Assembly (NCBI GenBank): GCA_030390025.1
Contig: CM059432.1
Location: forward strand, 45,820,001 to 45,884,000
From: Squalus acanthias
Lineage: Eukaryota
Reading direction: 5' to 3'
DNA: 64,000 nucleotides
In this document: positions 25,849 to 36,999 of the stretch, piece by piece
Numbering within the stretch: position 1 is the first letter of the stretch
Layout of the letters: every line of letters starts with the position of its first letter
Translations under genes and position numbers: made by a program
Notes under the pieces: model-generated
What the model was told of the DNA's origin: nothing
The model's input: the letters and a program-made list of their open reading frames with translations, nothing else
The model's database searches: none

Positions 25849-26818
25849 TTCTGTCTCGGAAAACAGGGATCTGTTCTGGGATCCCTGTTGTTCACAGTAT
25901 TTGCAAATGGAACTTGATGCCTGTAACAGTATTCTTACATTTTCTAATGAGTGAAAAGAGCGTTATGTGCCTGGATTCTGCGGTAAGAACAGTGAGTCTA
26001 TCAGTACTCATCATTATTAAGGAGTAAATTGGACAGCAACTTCTGGCATCTGCACATGCGCAGTTAATCGCAGAAATCAGGAAGTTGCTGTCCGATTTGC
26101 GCTGCTCCTTCACAAGCTTCGCTACACCAGTACATCTCCAAAAGACTTGGCATTCAAACAGATGAATGGCATGAATTTGTGATACTTACCCACTAGATAC
26201 CCACTAAACTCACCTGAAAAAGTTAGGGCTTGTCCATTCAAGTGTATGTGAATTTTTAATGGCCTGATAAGTCTTAATTACTGCAAAACAACTTCTCCGG
26301 CACTGAAAATTAACTTTTACAACTGTGGAGTCTCATTCCTTCAGATTTTAATTATTGTTGGAGATTTAAAAAAATTAAAAAATTAAAATATTATTTTTTA
26401 CTTTTTCTTTCTGTCTCTTAGCTCCCTCTCTTAATCCCATCTTGCTTTCCCTATCTTTATTTCACTTTCTGTACAAGATTTTACATTGATTTAAATATTT
26501 AACTTATACTCCCTGGTTCAGACTCTGTGGTCTAAACGTTCGATTAGGCCTGAAAATGGGCCTGCACCTGTTGAAACTAATGCAGACAGCACGCGGCCTT
26601 CATGCTGCCTGCTAATTACCATACTTGATGCGTGCAGCCCAGCACTGAGTGCGCTTCTGAGTGGCTGAGTGCTCAGCAGGGGGCCGAAGTTTGTGCAAGG
26701 CTAGCTCTATTTAAAGCAAGCCTTCACTTTTAAAGGCAGTCTGCACCTCTTAAAGGTGAGGTGCATTCTGCATTCAGCAGCAGCTGGAAGTGCTTGTCAA
26801 GGAAACTGTGACTGAGTA

Positions 26819-28243
26819 ATGGCTCAACAGGGCAAAGAAAGGGCACCAAGGTTCTCTGATGCAGTACTAGAGGCCTTAGTGCTTGGAGTAGAAAGGTGGA
26901 GACAGGTCCTCTACCTGCAGGGGGCCAGGGTGCCCTCTAGACACAGTCAGAAGGCAGTGGGAGCAGATAGCCGAAGCAGTCACTGCCAGTAGTTTTGCCC
27001 CGAGAACCTGGATTCAGTGCTGAAAGAAGTTCAATGACCTCACATGAGTGGTTAAGGTCAGTGAATGCATCTTCAAAAGCCGTTCTCCTACCAACTGCAC
27101 CACTAACCTCACACACCGACCAACAATCTCTATCAATCACGACTCATACTCATACCTCACATTCATAGCTTCACCTCACCCTCACACACTTACCGCTGCT
27201 GCAAGCCTCACACCCACATCTCACACATTGCACGCACTGCTAGCTATTCAACCATGACAGGCACATCACCCAAACACATTGCACCACACTCACTGACACA
27301 CACATCACCCAATCACATTACACCACACTCACTGACACACACATCACCCAATCACATTGCACCACACTCACTGACACACACATCACCCAATCACATTACA
27401 CCACACTCACTGACACACACATCACCCAATCACATTACACCACACTCACTGACACACACGTCACCCAATCACAGTGAACCACACTCACTGACACACACAT
27501 CACCCAATCACATTACACCACACTCACTGACACACACATCACCCAATCACAGTGAACCACACTCACTGACACACACATCACCCAATCACAGTGAACCACA
27601 CTCACTGACACACACATCACCCAATCACATTGCACCACACTCACTGACACACACATCACCCAATCACATTGCACCACACTCACTGACACACACATCACCC
27701 AATCACATTGCACCACACTCACTGACACACACATCACCCAATCACATTGCACCACACTCACTGACACACACATCACCCAATCACATTGCACCACACTCAC
27801 TGAGGCACATATCACTCAATCATATTACACCACACTCACTGACACACACATCACCCAATCACATTGCACCACACTCACTGACACACACATCACCCAATCA
27901 CATTGCACCACACTCACTGACACACACATCACCCAATCACATTGCACCACACTCACTGAGGCACATATCACTCAATCATATTACACCACACTCACTGACA
28001 CACACATCACCCAATCACATTGCACCACACTCACTGACGCACACATCACCCAATCACATTACACCACACTCACTGACACACTTCCCTTTCTCTTGCAGGG
28101 GAAGGTGGCTCACAACTGCAGGCAGCAGCAGATGGGGAAGCCTGCACATCCTGACCCAGCTGGAGGAAACCGTGTTTGATATTATTGGAGGAGCCGTCAC
28201 TGAGGCCATAGCGATCAGCGAGGCTGAACCATTGAAGATGATG
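26819..28243 (+). pseudogene. Harbinger Myb/SANT gene exons 1-2, degraded
   Basis: MAQQGKERAPRFSDAVLEALV..WEQIAEAV..RTWIQC*KKFNDL with stops and a frameshift; donor gtcagt at 27057, acceptor ttgcag at 28098. Confidence 0.8.
27261..28080 (+). repeat. 39-bp minisatellite, about 21 copies
   Basis: Unit cacatcacccaatcacattgcaccacactcactgacaca. Confidence 0.97.
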
Positions 28244-28288
28244 GTATGCTCATACCTAATACGATAGCAAAATACTGCGGATGCTGGA

Positions 28289-28806
28289 TGATGTAAGCTC
28301 CCAAAGTGCGGACCCAGTGATATACAAGGTCGACGCTACTGGCTTGTTGGAAGAAAGACTGACCAAGTAATTGAAGTCACAACGGTTTATTACAGGCCTG
28401 GGGAGAACCTCTCATGTCGCTTACATGAGTACAACTCCACCGAGCTAATGAAAACACACATATTTATATCCAATCAGGTTTAAAAGTTACACACAATGCT
28501 AGGTCTAAAAAAACACATTACTCGTTTTACAAATATTTCTGTCTTGCCTTTACAGAGATCCAATTAGGTTTAAAAGTTACTTGGTTAGCAAACATTTCTG
28601 TCTCGCCTTATGGGGATCTCGTTATCCGAGGGTGGCTGTAAAAGTTACATACAATGCTATCTGTAAATCTCGTTGAAGGAGGTAGACTCCGAAAGCTTGT
28701 AAGGTGTTGTGTGACTTGAAACAAATCTCGTTAAAGGCCTGGCTTTCTGCAAATGAGTCATGCCCGAATTGCCCTGGTTATATCCAATTTTTAATATCTT
28801 ACTTCA
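28289..28806 (-). repeat. ERV 3' LTR
   Basis: No difference from 34605-35122 found by eye; preceded on minus by the PPT. Confidence 0.97.
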
Positions 28807-28819
28807 ATTCCCCCCTTTT
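28807..28819 (-). promoter_or_regulatory. Polypurine tract
   Basis: AAAAGGGGGGAAT directly before the 3' LTR. Confidence 0.92.
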
Positions 28820-29249
28820 GACCTATTGGACAACTGTTCCAATACAGGTCAACATGTATTCCTATTGCCTGGTGTCTGCCTGAGCGTGCACTCTCTGGCC
28901 TTCTACCAGTCTAGGTTATACATGGGTATGACATAAACCAATTTATAAGCCGGTTTCACCCCACGCGGTATATGTGGACTTATTATTTTCTTGTCTTGGT
29001 TCTATGTTGCCATCCCCGGGGCCCAAGAGCCCTGCATCAATGGTTTGGGCTTCTGGTTCGAGCTTCTGGTTCGAGCTCGTCCTCCATTCCCTCGGTGGGT
29101 GCGTGACGTGTCCTTTCGAGACTGTCATCACTCACCAATCCTGTTTCTGCCACTCCCGTCTTACGGTTGGCCGGCCTGGTTATTAATTACCATGTCCAAT
29201 TCATCCCTTGTAATTTTAGGGCTATAGATCGGGTCTTACACCATCATGG

Positions 29250-29476
29250 CTTTACCTAATCTTTGAGCAGCAAGAATACACAGTATATTGTAATAACAAT
29301 CACGAGGAATATCATTATGCTTTGCACCACTGAGGCGCCCAACGTCCCCGACCATCCTGACCCCCAATCACCAAAATATCATTTCCGGTGTTATATAGGC
29401 CATATATAAGCAGATACTTGATTATCTTCCTTTTTGTCAGCCGTCCCTTCTTCCGTCGTTCTTCTAATTTGTCCTG
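29250..29476 (-). pseudogene. env: env remnant (splice acceptor and transmembrane anchor only)
   Basis: CTAAC..ttgtatttccaCAG acceptor at 29474; YFGDWGSGWSGTLGASVVQSIMIFLVIVITIYCVFLLL is a membrane-proximal and TM-like segment; only ~870 bp lie between pol and the PPT. Confidence 0.6.
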
Positions 29477-29684
29477 TGGAAATACAAGGCTGGTCGTCAC
29501 CAGCAGTTAGTTATTCCATTCTTACTACTTTGCCAGTCTCCCAGATCTATTGAAACATACAGACCACGAAGAATGTTACTATCATAATGCAACAGGATCA
29601 TATTAACGTGAATACAAGGATGTCCTGTCCCTTTGGACCCTATGCAAATAATCCTTGCTTTCCTTGTACAATATGATTTCTGGG

Positions 29685-32523
29685 TTATTCATCAGCTTCT
29701 TTGTATAATTTTAATTGTGTCCAGTGTTTCCATCTTCCCTTTCCAGTGCCGTGCAGGTCTATGCATGCACAAGTGTCGCTGGTCATTAATACCAAATAGG
29801 GTCCTTCCCACCGGGGCCGTAACCCAGGTTTTATTGGAATTATTCTAGACATTACCTGACTTCCCACCCCAGGTATGACTTTCTTTTGTTCCTCGGTATC
29901 CCTCTCCAGATCCTTGATTATCTGCTGGTCTCTAGCCTCCTGTCTCAGCCCGTGCAGTTCCGCACATAATTGCTTTATGAACCTTCTGATTCTGTCCTTT
30001 AAAGGTCCCACATCTTCCCCTCCGGTCACTACTCCTTCGGGAAGCGCCATTGCCCGTCCCGTCATTAATTCAAAAGGGGTCAGTCCGGTGGTGCTATTTG
30101 GTGTGGCCCTTAGTCTCATTAGGATTGTGGGTAACAGTTCCGCCCATCCCTGCCCCGTCTCCACAATGGCCTTTGTGAGAGATCGTTTTAAGGTCCGATT
30201 CATTCGTTCCACCATTCCTGAACTTTCGGGATGGTAAGGTATATGAAATTTCTGCTTTACGCCCAACAGGGCGCAAGCCTCTTTCATTACCTTTCCGGTA
30301 AAGTGTGTTCCATTATCTGAATCTATTTGTAATGGGACTCCCCACCGGGGTATTATTTCTTCTGCCAAGATCCGGGCCACTGTACTGGCGGTACAGTTTC
30401 GGGTGGCAAAAGCTTCCACCCACCTTGTGAATTGGTCAATTATTACCAGACAGTAGGTTTTTCCTTTGCTTTTGGTTAATGGTCCTGTAAAGTCTATTTG
30501 TAGTTTCTCCCAGGGTCCCTTGGGTCTTGGCTGTCTACCCCATTTTACCTTTACTGGTTTTCCGGTGTTACATTGCGCACAAATGTGGCAATCCTTACAA
30601 TACTTCCTTATACTGCTTGATAGTCCGGGCCACCACCAGCATTGGCCTATGTTATTTATCATTCGGCTGGCCCCTGTATGGGCTTGTCCGTGATACAACC
30701 TCATTAGTTCCTGTTGGATACACTCCGGTGCACAGACCCGTCCCTCCTTCCTCCAGACCTTATCTCTGGATAGCATTACTCCCTTCTTTTCCCAAATGTT
30801 CAGCTCAGGTTCTGGTATGCCTTGATGTAACTTAACAATATTATACTCAAGGGGTATTAATGGGACTGGGGCTCCCCCTATCGGTGTTACATTGCCACAG
30901 GGCGCCTCCGTCATAACCTTGGCGGCCAGGTCTGCCGCTCTGTTACCTTGTTCTTGTGGAGTTTTTCCTTTGGTGTGCGCTTTAACCTTTATTACTGCTA
31001 ACTCCGTTGGTCCGCGCGCGGCATTCACCAAGGACTTTACTACGTCCAGGTGTTGGATGGGGGCTCCCCCAGAGGTGATGTACCCCCTCCTACTCCATGC
31101 GGCCATATAATCATGTACTATTCCGAAGGCGTAGCGGCTGTCGGTATATACATTAACCCTTTTTCCCATAGCCAGTTTCAGGGCTTCCGTTAAGGCTGTT
31201 AGTTCTGCGACCTGGGCAGATTTATCCCCTGGGAGAGTTCCGGCTAAAGTTAAAGAGACCGAGTACCTGTCGTACTCCTCTCACGTTTATGGGCCTTGGC
31301 ATTTGGCTGATTGCCTCCTTCCTTTCCTCTGGCATAGCCCTTTTTCCCATACTGACCCTATACCCGAGGTATGTGACTTCCAATTTTCCTACCTGGGCTT
31401 TGGCTGGGTTTGCTTTAAAACCCGCCTCCCGTAGGGTTGAAAAGACCTTTACCAGGGCCCCCTATGTCCCACTTTCGTTTCTGACGCTATTAGGAGGTCA
31501 TCCACGTATTGTAAGAGGGTACTATTTTCACCCTCTAAGTCTAGGTCTTCAAGAGCTCTGGCCATATGGCGGTGAAAAATGGCTGGACTGTTATGGAATC
31601 CTTGTGGGACCCGTGTCCATGTATACTGTTTGCCGCCTATTGTAAAGGCGAACTTTTCCTGTGATTCCTCATGCAGGGGAATGGACCAGAACCCGTTTGC
31701 GATGTCTAACACGGTGAATATTTTGTGTTCTGGTTTTAAACCGTTAAAGATAGTAGCTGGGCTTGCTACAATTGGATATTCCTTTGGGGTCACTTTATTT
31801 AAGGCTGTGTAATCGATTGTAAGTCGATATGACGCATCAGGTTTCTTTACGGGCCATACTGGAGAGTTAGTGCCGGACACTGTTTCTCGCAGAATTCCCT
31901 GTTTCACGAGTTCCAATACTATACTCCGTACGGCTGTCTGGGCCTCCACTTTTAGGGGATATTGTTTATGGGGTCGGTGGGTTGGCCCGGGGACTCTGAC
32001 TGGGTTCATCTTAACCAGTCCGCAGTCCTGCTTGTGTTTGGCCCATAGTTCGGGGAATCGGTGGCAAATTGCCCCCCACCCTCCCTTTTCGTCCCATTTG
32101 GGGTCTATTATTTGGATAGCGCTGATGGCACATGCTGTCTTGGATCCCTTTGAGTTATGTCTCCCTTCCTTGTGGTTATCGGGCCATAGCAACTTATCCT
32201 GTTTGGGGTCTATTAAAACTCCCACTTCCCTTAGTATGTCTATACCCAGGATGGTTCCCTCAGTATTCTCACAGATCCAGAAACATGTAGGTATAATGAT
32301 TTTTCCCAATTCTAGTAATACTGTCTCACTTTTCCATGCTTTAATTTTTACTCCCCCTATCCCAGATATAAAAATATTTTCCTTGGTTCGCGGCAAGGGT
32401 ACGTTTGTTAGAGATATTGCTGCCCCGGTGTCTATGAGCATTCTGCACTGTCGGCCCCCTACCAGTGCCTCAATAAACATTCTAGGGTCTCCCTTTACCG
32501 GGTCTCCGAGGGCCGCTACCTTT
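29685..32523 (-). pseudogene. pol: Pro-Pol (protease, RT, RNase H, integrase) with a frameshift and an internal deletion
   Basis: LIDTGA; WTRVPQGFHNSP; YVDD; frameshift in a G run at 31458-31462; thumb LGLFNFSR joined to RNase H SAQVAEL at ~31245; YTDSRY; integrase HHCC, QIDFTG, SDNGTHF, GMVERMN, WEGPY. Confidence 0.93.
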
Positions 32524-34048
32524 CAGGCGTTGCCTTTTTTTTTATCTGTTTGACCAGTTTTTCCATTTTCCTTGTCAGCTCCACTATGTCTTCCTCGTCG
32601 GAGGTGTCTGAGGAATCATCTCTCTTATACTTCCTACTCTTTCTCCTCTTCCTTTCTTCTCTTTCTCTGTCATCCTCCCAGTCTTGCATTCCCTTCCTGA
32701 TCAGTTTCGCCATGCTTTCCTCGTTATTCTCTGACCTTCCAATACTTGACCCCGGTTTTCCTCCCTGTCTAGGTCCCTGACCTTCCCTTCCTCCTCCTTT
32801 ATTCCAACATTGTTGTTTCCTATGCCCTGGTTTTCCACAATTATGACAGGAAGCCTTTTGCTGAGATGTCTGATTATCCCCTTTGTTCTGTTGCCTCGGG
32901 CAGTCCCTTTTCATGTGGCCCTCCTGTCCGCAACCGAAGCATGCCGCCACACTTAATGCATCCTCATTGTCGCTATCCGTCCTTAGGGCAGCTATTTTAG
33001 GTTTGGCTTGTTCTTGGACCTGAATTAAGTCCTCCCAATTATGGTGGACCACTAGCCCCATTTTTATTGCATTCTGGTGCATTGGACTTAGTCCCTGTTT
33101 AAATGTTTGCAGAAAACAAGCGTTGTTTTTGTTTAAGGGGCCTGGGATCCCACAGTTACCCTCAAAGGCGGACCACTTTCGTTTTCCATAATCGATAGCG
33201 CTTTCTCCCTTTTTTTGTGTGATTCCGCTTATAGCTGCCCAATTTACGGGGGCCTGTCCCATTGCTGCTTCCACAGCGGCCTTGAATTGGTCGAACTCAG
33301 TGTTTAATTGTTGGATTGTCTGTCCTGTATTTGTGGCCCACTGGCCATTTCCGTGGTTGCCCTGCACTAATCTCCACTGTTCCTCGGGACATTTAGCTCG
33401 TACCAATTGATCGATATCTATACTATGTAGGGCATGGTTTATGCGTACTTCGCGCAGTTTGTGCCAGAATGTCTGATTATTCTGGCGGTGTTTTAAGGCT
33501 GGTAATTCATTGAGGAGAATCACCCGATCCTGCAGGCTTAACGGTGTGTAGGTCAACGTTGTGGTGGCCGGCCTGCCCGGTACTGCCGGGACGGCCGGAT
33601 TCCCCCCTGCCGCCGGAATTTCCGGAACCGCGGGGATTGCTGGCCTATATTGCAGTGTCACTGGTGCCATCGGAACAGGCTCCGGGGCTGCCGACTGGTG
33701 TCCTGTATATGGGGGAGGACAGCCAGTCGGCCCCCCCTGGGGCAGCTCCGGGTATAACCTTTCCTGGGAGTTACCCGGTTTTGGGTTGGCTGCAGCTGCT
33801 GGATATGTTTTAAGGGCTCCGCGCTGGAGCATACGTTCCCGATCGTATCGTGCCGCTACGATAATGCACGCTTTCTCCAATTTATTTTTGGTTTGTTTCC
33901 TCCACCAGTCCCTTTGTGTGTCTGGTTTATCGTCCTGGTTCCACCCTGCCTTTCTCATTTTCTCAATTAATTTTTTATTCTTGTCGTAAACATATCGTGT
34001 TACAGACTCTGGGTCTCCCCAGGGTTCCTTATCCTCTTTGCTAGCCAT
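32516..34048 (-). CDS. gag: Gag polyprotein, 510 aa
   Basis: Late-domain motifs LYPEL and PPPY; MHR-like ITQKKGESAIDY; two CCHC knuckles CFGCGQEGHMKRDC and CHNCGKPGHRKQQC. Confidence 0.92.
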   Translation of the reverse strand: MASKEDKEPWGDPESVTRYVYDKNKKLIEKMRKAGWNQDDKPDTQRDWWRKQTKNKLEKACIIVAARYDRERMLQRGALKTYPAAAANPKPGNSQERLYPELPQGGPTGCPPPYTGHQSAAPEPVPMAPVTLQYRPAIPAVPEIPAAGGNPAVPAVPGRPATTTLTYTPLSLQDRVILLNELPALKHRQNNQTFWHKLREVRINHALHSIDIDQLVRAKCPEEQWRLVQGNHGNGQWATNTGQTIQQLNTEFDQFKAAVEAAMGQAPVNWAAISGITQKKGESAIDYGKRKWSAFEGNCGIPGPLNKNNACFLQTFKQGLSPMHQNAIKMGLVVHHNWEDLIQVQEQAKPKIAALRTDSDNEDALSVAACFGCGQEGHMKRDCPRQQNKGDNQTSQQKASCHNCGKPGHRKQQCWNKGGGREGQGPRQGGKPGSSIGRSENNEESMAKLIRKGMQDWEDDREREERKRRKSRKYKRDDSSDTSDEEDIVELTRKMEKLVKQIKKKATPER

Positions 34049-34584
34049 AGTTTATTTATTTATTTATTTATTTCTTTTTCGGCCAGAAGGACTTGTCCTT
34101 CACCCAGTGTTAAAACAACCTGTTTAACTACTTCTTAAGAGCCGCACCTCGTGGGCCTACCGGGTTTCTAAACCCTTGTTTGTTTATTTTAAAAACTCCC
34201 CGTTTTAACTACTACCTAAGTTTACTTTTCGGCCAGAAGGACTCGCCCTCCACCGTGTTAAAACTCCCCGTTTTAACTCCTACTTAAGTTTACTTTTCGG
34301 CCAGAAGGACTCGTCCTCCACCGTGTTAAAACTCCCCGTTTTAACTACTACTTAGGAGCCGCACCTCGTGGGCCTATCAGGTTTCTAAACCCTTGTTTTC
34401 CGGTACCGCAGTCCGGCAGTGTTAACCGCCTTCAATTAAAGGTGTCTTTCTTTTTATAGTTCTTTTGTACGTCAATCTTACTTAACGTCTCGCCAGCGAT
34501 TAACCTCTAATTTTACAGGTGGTAATTTAAACGTACTCACCCGTCTTAGGTTATCGCTGTCCGAGAGTTTTGTTCAGATCGCGC

Positions 34585-34602
34585 ATCCCACCCTCGTCGC
34601 CA
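34585..34602 (-). promoter_or_regulatory. Primer-binding site for tRNA-Ser(GCU)
   Basis: TGGCGACGAGGGTGGGAT, 2 nt after the 5' LTR, complementary to the vertebrate tRNA-Ser(GCU) 3' end ATCCCACCCTCGTCGCCA. Confidence 0.9.
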
Positions 34603-34604
34603 AT

Positions 34605-35122
34605 TGATGTAAGCTCCCAAAGTGCGGACCCAGTGATATACAAGGTCGACGCTACTGGCTTGTTGGAAGAAAGACTGACCAAGTAATTGAAGTCACAACG
34701 GTTTATTACAGGCCTGGGGAGAACCTCTCATGTCGCTTACATGAGTACAACTCCACCGAGCTAATGAAAACACACATATTTATATCCAATCAGGTTTAAA
34801 AGTTACACACAATGCTAGGTCTAAAAAAACACATTACTCGTTTTACAAATATTTCTGTCTTGCCTTTACAGAGATCCAATTAGGTTTAAAAGTTACTTGG
34901 TTAGCAAACATTTCTGTCTCGCCTTATGGGGATCTCGTTATCCGAGGGTGGCTGTAAAAGTTACATACAATGCTATCTGTAAATCTCGTTGAAGGAGGTA
35001 GACTCCGAAAGCTTGTAAGGTGTTGTGTGACTTGAAACAAATCTCGTTAAAGGCCTGGCTTTCTGCAAATGAGTCATGCCCGAATTGCCCTGGTTATATC
35101 CAATTTTTAATATCTTACTTCA
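34605..35122 (-). repeat. ERV 5' LTR
   Basis: TGAAGTAAG...CTTACATCA; TATAAAT at ~34778-34784; AATAAA at ~34702-34707; U3 repeats of tccaat(c/t)aggtttaaaagttac. Confidence 0.97.
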
Positions 35123-35195
35123 CTGGAAATCCGAAATAACAACAGAAAACGTTGGAAAAACTCAGCAGGCCAGGCAGCATCCGTGGAGAGAGAAA

Positions 35196-35236
35196 CAGAG
35201 TTAACGTTTCAGGTCGAAGACCTTTCGTCAGAACTG
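35196..35236 (-). ncRNA. Minimal type I hammerhead ribozyme motif, intact core
   Basis: cAGTT CTGACGA a AGGTC ttc GACCT GAAAC GTT AACT: conserved core, stem II, palindromic AACGTT stem III, stem I AGTT/AACT. Confidence 0.75.
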
Positions 35237-35500
35237 AAAAAGGGCAGGAAATGAAATAGATTTAAAGCAAGGATAAAGCTGGGAAAAGGGGGAGGGAATG
35301 AAAGAACAAAAGGAGAGATTAAGAGACATTGAGAGACATTAAGAGATGATCAAGGCAAGAGGAGGTGTTAATGTGACAGGTGGAGGCTAAAAGAAGTGTG
35401 AAATGCACTGGCAGAATGAAGGACAGCTGCCAGCTTCTGGGAGGGGAAAAAAAAGGTAGGCCAAACAAAAGGGTGGATGAAAAAATAAAATATAAATTGT

Positions 35501-36813
35501 TCCACCAGGATGGCCTGAGGGCGCTCCGCTTCTTCCTTGAACAGAGGCCCAACCAGTCCCCATCCACCACCACCCTCCTCCGCCTGGCTGAACTTGTTCT
35601 CACATTGAACAAGCTCTCATTTGACTCCACCCATTTCCTCCAAATCAAAGGTGTTGCTATGGGTACCCACATGGGTCTTAGCTATGCCTGCCTTATCGTG
35701 GGATATGTGGAACACTCTTTGTTCCAGTCCTACTCGGGTCCCCTCCCTCACCTCTTTTTCCAGTCCATTGATGACTGTATCGGTGCCGTCTCCTGCTCTC
35801 GCCCTGAACTAGAACATTTCCACCCTTCCCTCACCTTCACATGGTCCATCTCCGACTCTTCCCTTCCCTTCCTCGACTTCTCCGTCTCCATCTCTGGGGA
35901 TAGGTTATTGACTAACATTCACTACAAGCCCACTGACTCTCACAGCTACCTGGACTACACTTCCTCCCACCCTGCCTCCTGTAAGGACTCTATTCCATTC
36001 TCCCAGTTTCTCCGTCTCCGCCGCATCTGCTCTGACGATGCCACCTTCCATACCAGTGCTTCCGACATGTCTTCCTTTTTCCTCAACCGAGGATTCCCCT
36101 CTACTGTGGTCGACACGGCCCTCGACCATGTCCGTTCTATCTCCCGCACTTCTGCCCTCACCCCTGCCCCTCCCTCCCGGAACCAAGATAGAGTTCCCCT
36201 TGTCCTCACCTTTCACCCCACCAGCCTCCACATTCAACGGATCATCCTCCGCCATTTCCGCCACCTCCAGCGTGATCCCACCACCAAACGCATCTTCCCC
36301 TCACCTCCCCTTTCAGCATTCCGAAGGGACCGCTCCCTCCGCGACACCCTAGTCCACTCCTCTACCACCCCCAGCACCCCTTCCCCTTCGCCCTGCACCT
36401 TCCCGTGCAAGCGCAGGAGATGCAACACATGCCCTTATACCTCCCCTCTTCCCATTGTCCAGGGCCCCAAACACCCCTTCCAGGTGAAACAGCGATTTAC
36501 TTGTACTTCCTGCAATTTAGTATACTGTATTCGCTGCTCACGATGTGGTCTCCTCTACATTGGGGAGACCAAACGCAGATTGGGTGACCGCTTTGCGGAA
36601 CACCTCCGTTCAGTCCGTAAGGGGGACCCCGAGCTCCAGGTGGCCTGTCACTTTAATTCTCCGCTCCACTCCCACTCTGACCTCACCGTCCTCGGCCTAT
36701 TACATTGTTCCACGGAAGCTCAGCGTAAGCTCGAGGAACAGCACCTCATCTTTCGTTTAGGCACCCTACAGCCCTCTGGACTCAATATCGAGTTTAACAA
36801 TTTTAGATCATAA
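35501..36813 (+). pseudogene. Penelope-like RT (C-terminal part) and GIY-YIG endonuclease
   Basis: QIKGVAMGT, SIDD, HYKPTD, Cys linker FPCKRRRCNTC, VYCIRCSRCGLLYIGETKRRL..RFAEH, GLN. Confidence 0.92.
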
Positions 36814-36999
36814 CCTCAGCCCCTATCACATTTATATTTTATTTTTTCATCCACCCTTTTGTTTGGCCCCCCCTTTTTTTTCCCTCCCAGAAGCTGGCAG
36901 CTGTCCTTCATTCTGCCAGTGCATTTCACACTGCTTTTAGCCTCCACCTGTCACATTAACACCTCCTCTTGCCTTGATCATCTCTTAATGTCTCTCAAT

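Larger units (their letters stand above)
28289..35122 (-). mobile_element. Endogenous retrovirus provirus, 6834 bp, LTR-gag-pro/pol(deleted)-env(remnant)-LTR
   Basis: TSD CTGGA at 28284-28288 and 35123-35127; two 518-bp LTRs; PBS; PPT; retroviral gag/pol motifs. Confidence 0.97.

Noticed and set aside
27261..28080. CRISPR-like array
   Set aside because: Head-to-tail repeats without unique spacers, in eukaryotic context
27254..28267. 337-aa His/Thr/Pro repeat ORF
   Set aside because: Translation of the 39-bp intronic minisatellite, whose unit is a multiple of 3 and stop-free; not evidence of a gene
31870..32553. 227-aa antisense ORF in the ERV
   Set aside because: In-register mirror of the pro/RT frame with a non-ATG start and no independent support
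35380..35500. N-terminus of the 477-aa Penelope ORF
   Set aside because: Derived from the inverted pLTR copy; RT homology starts at about 35501
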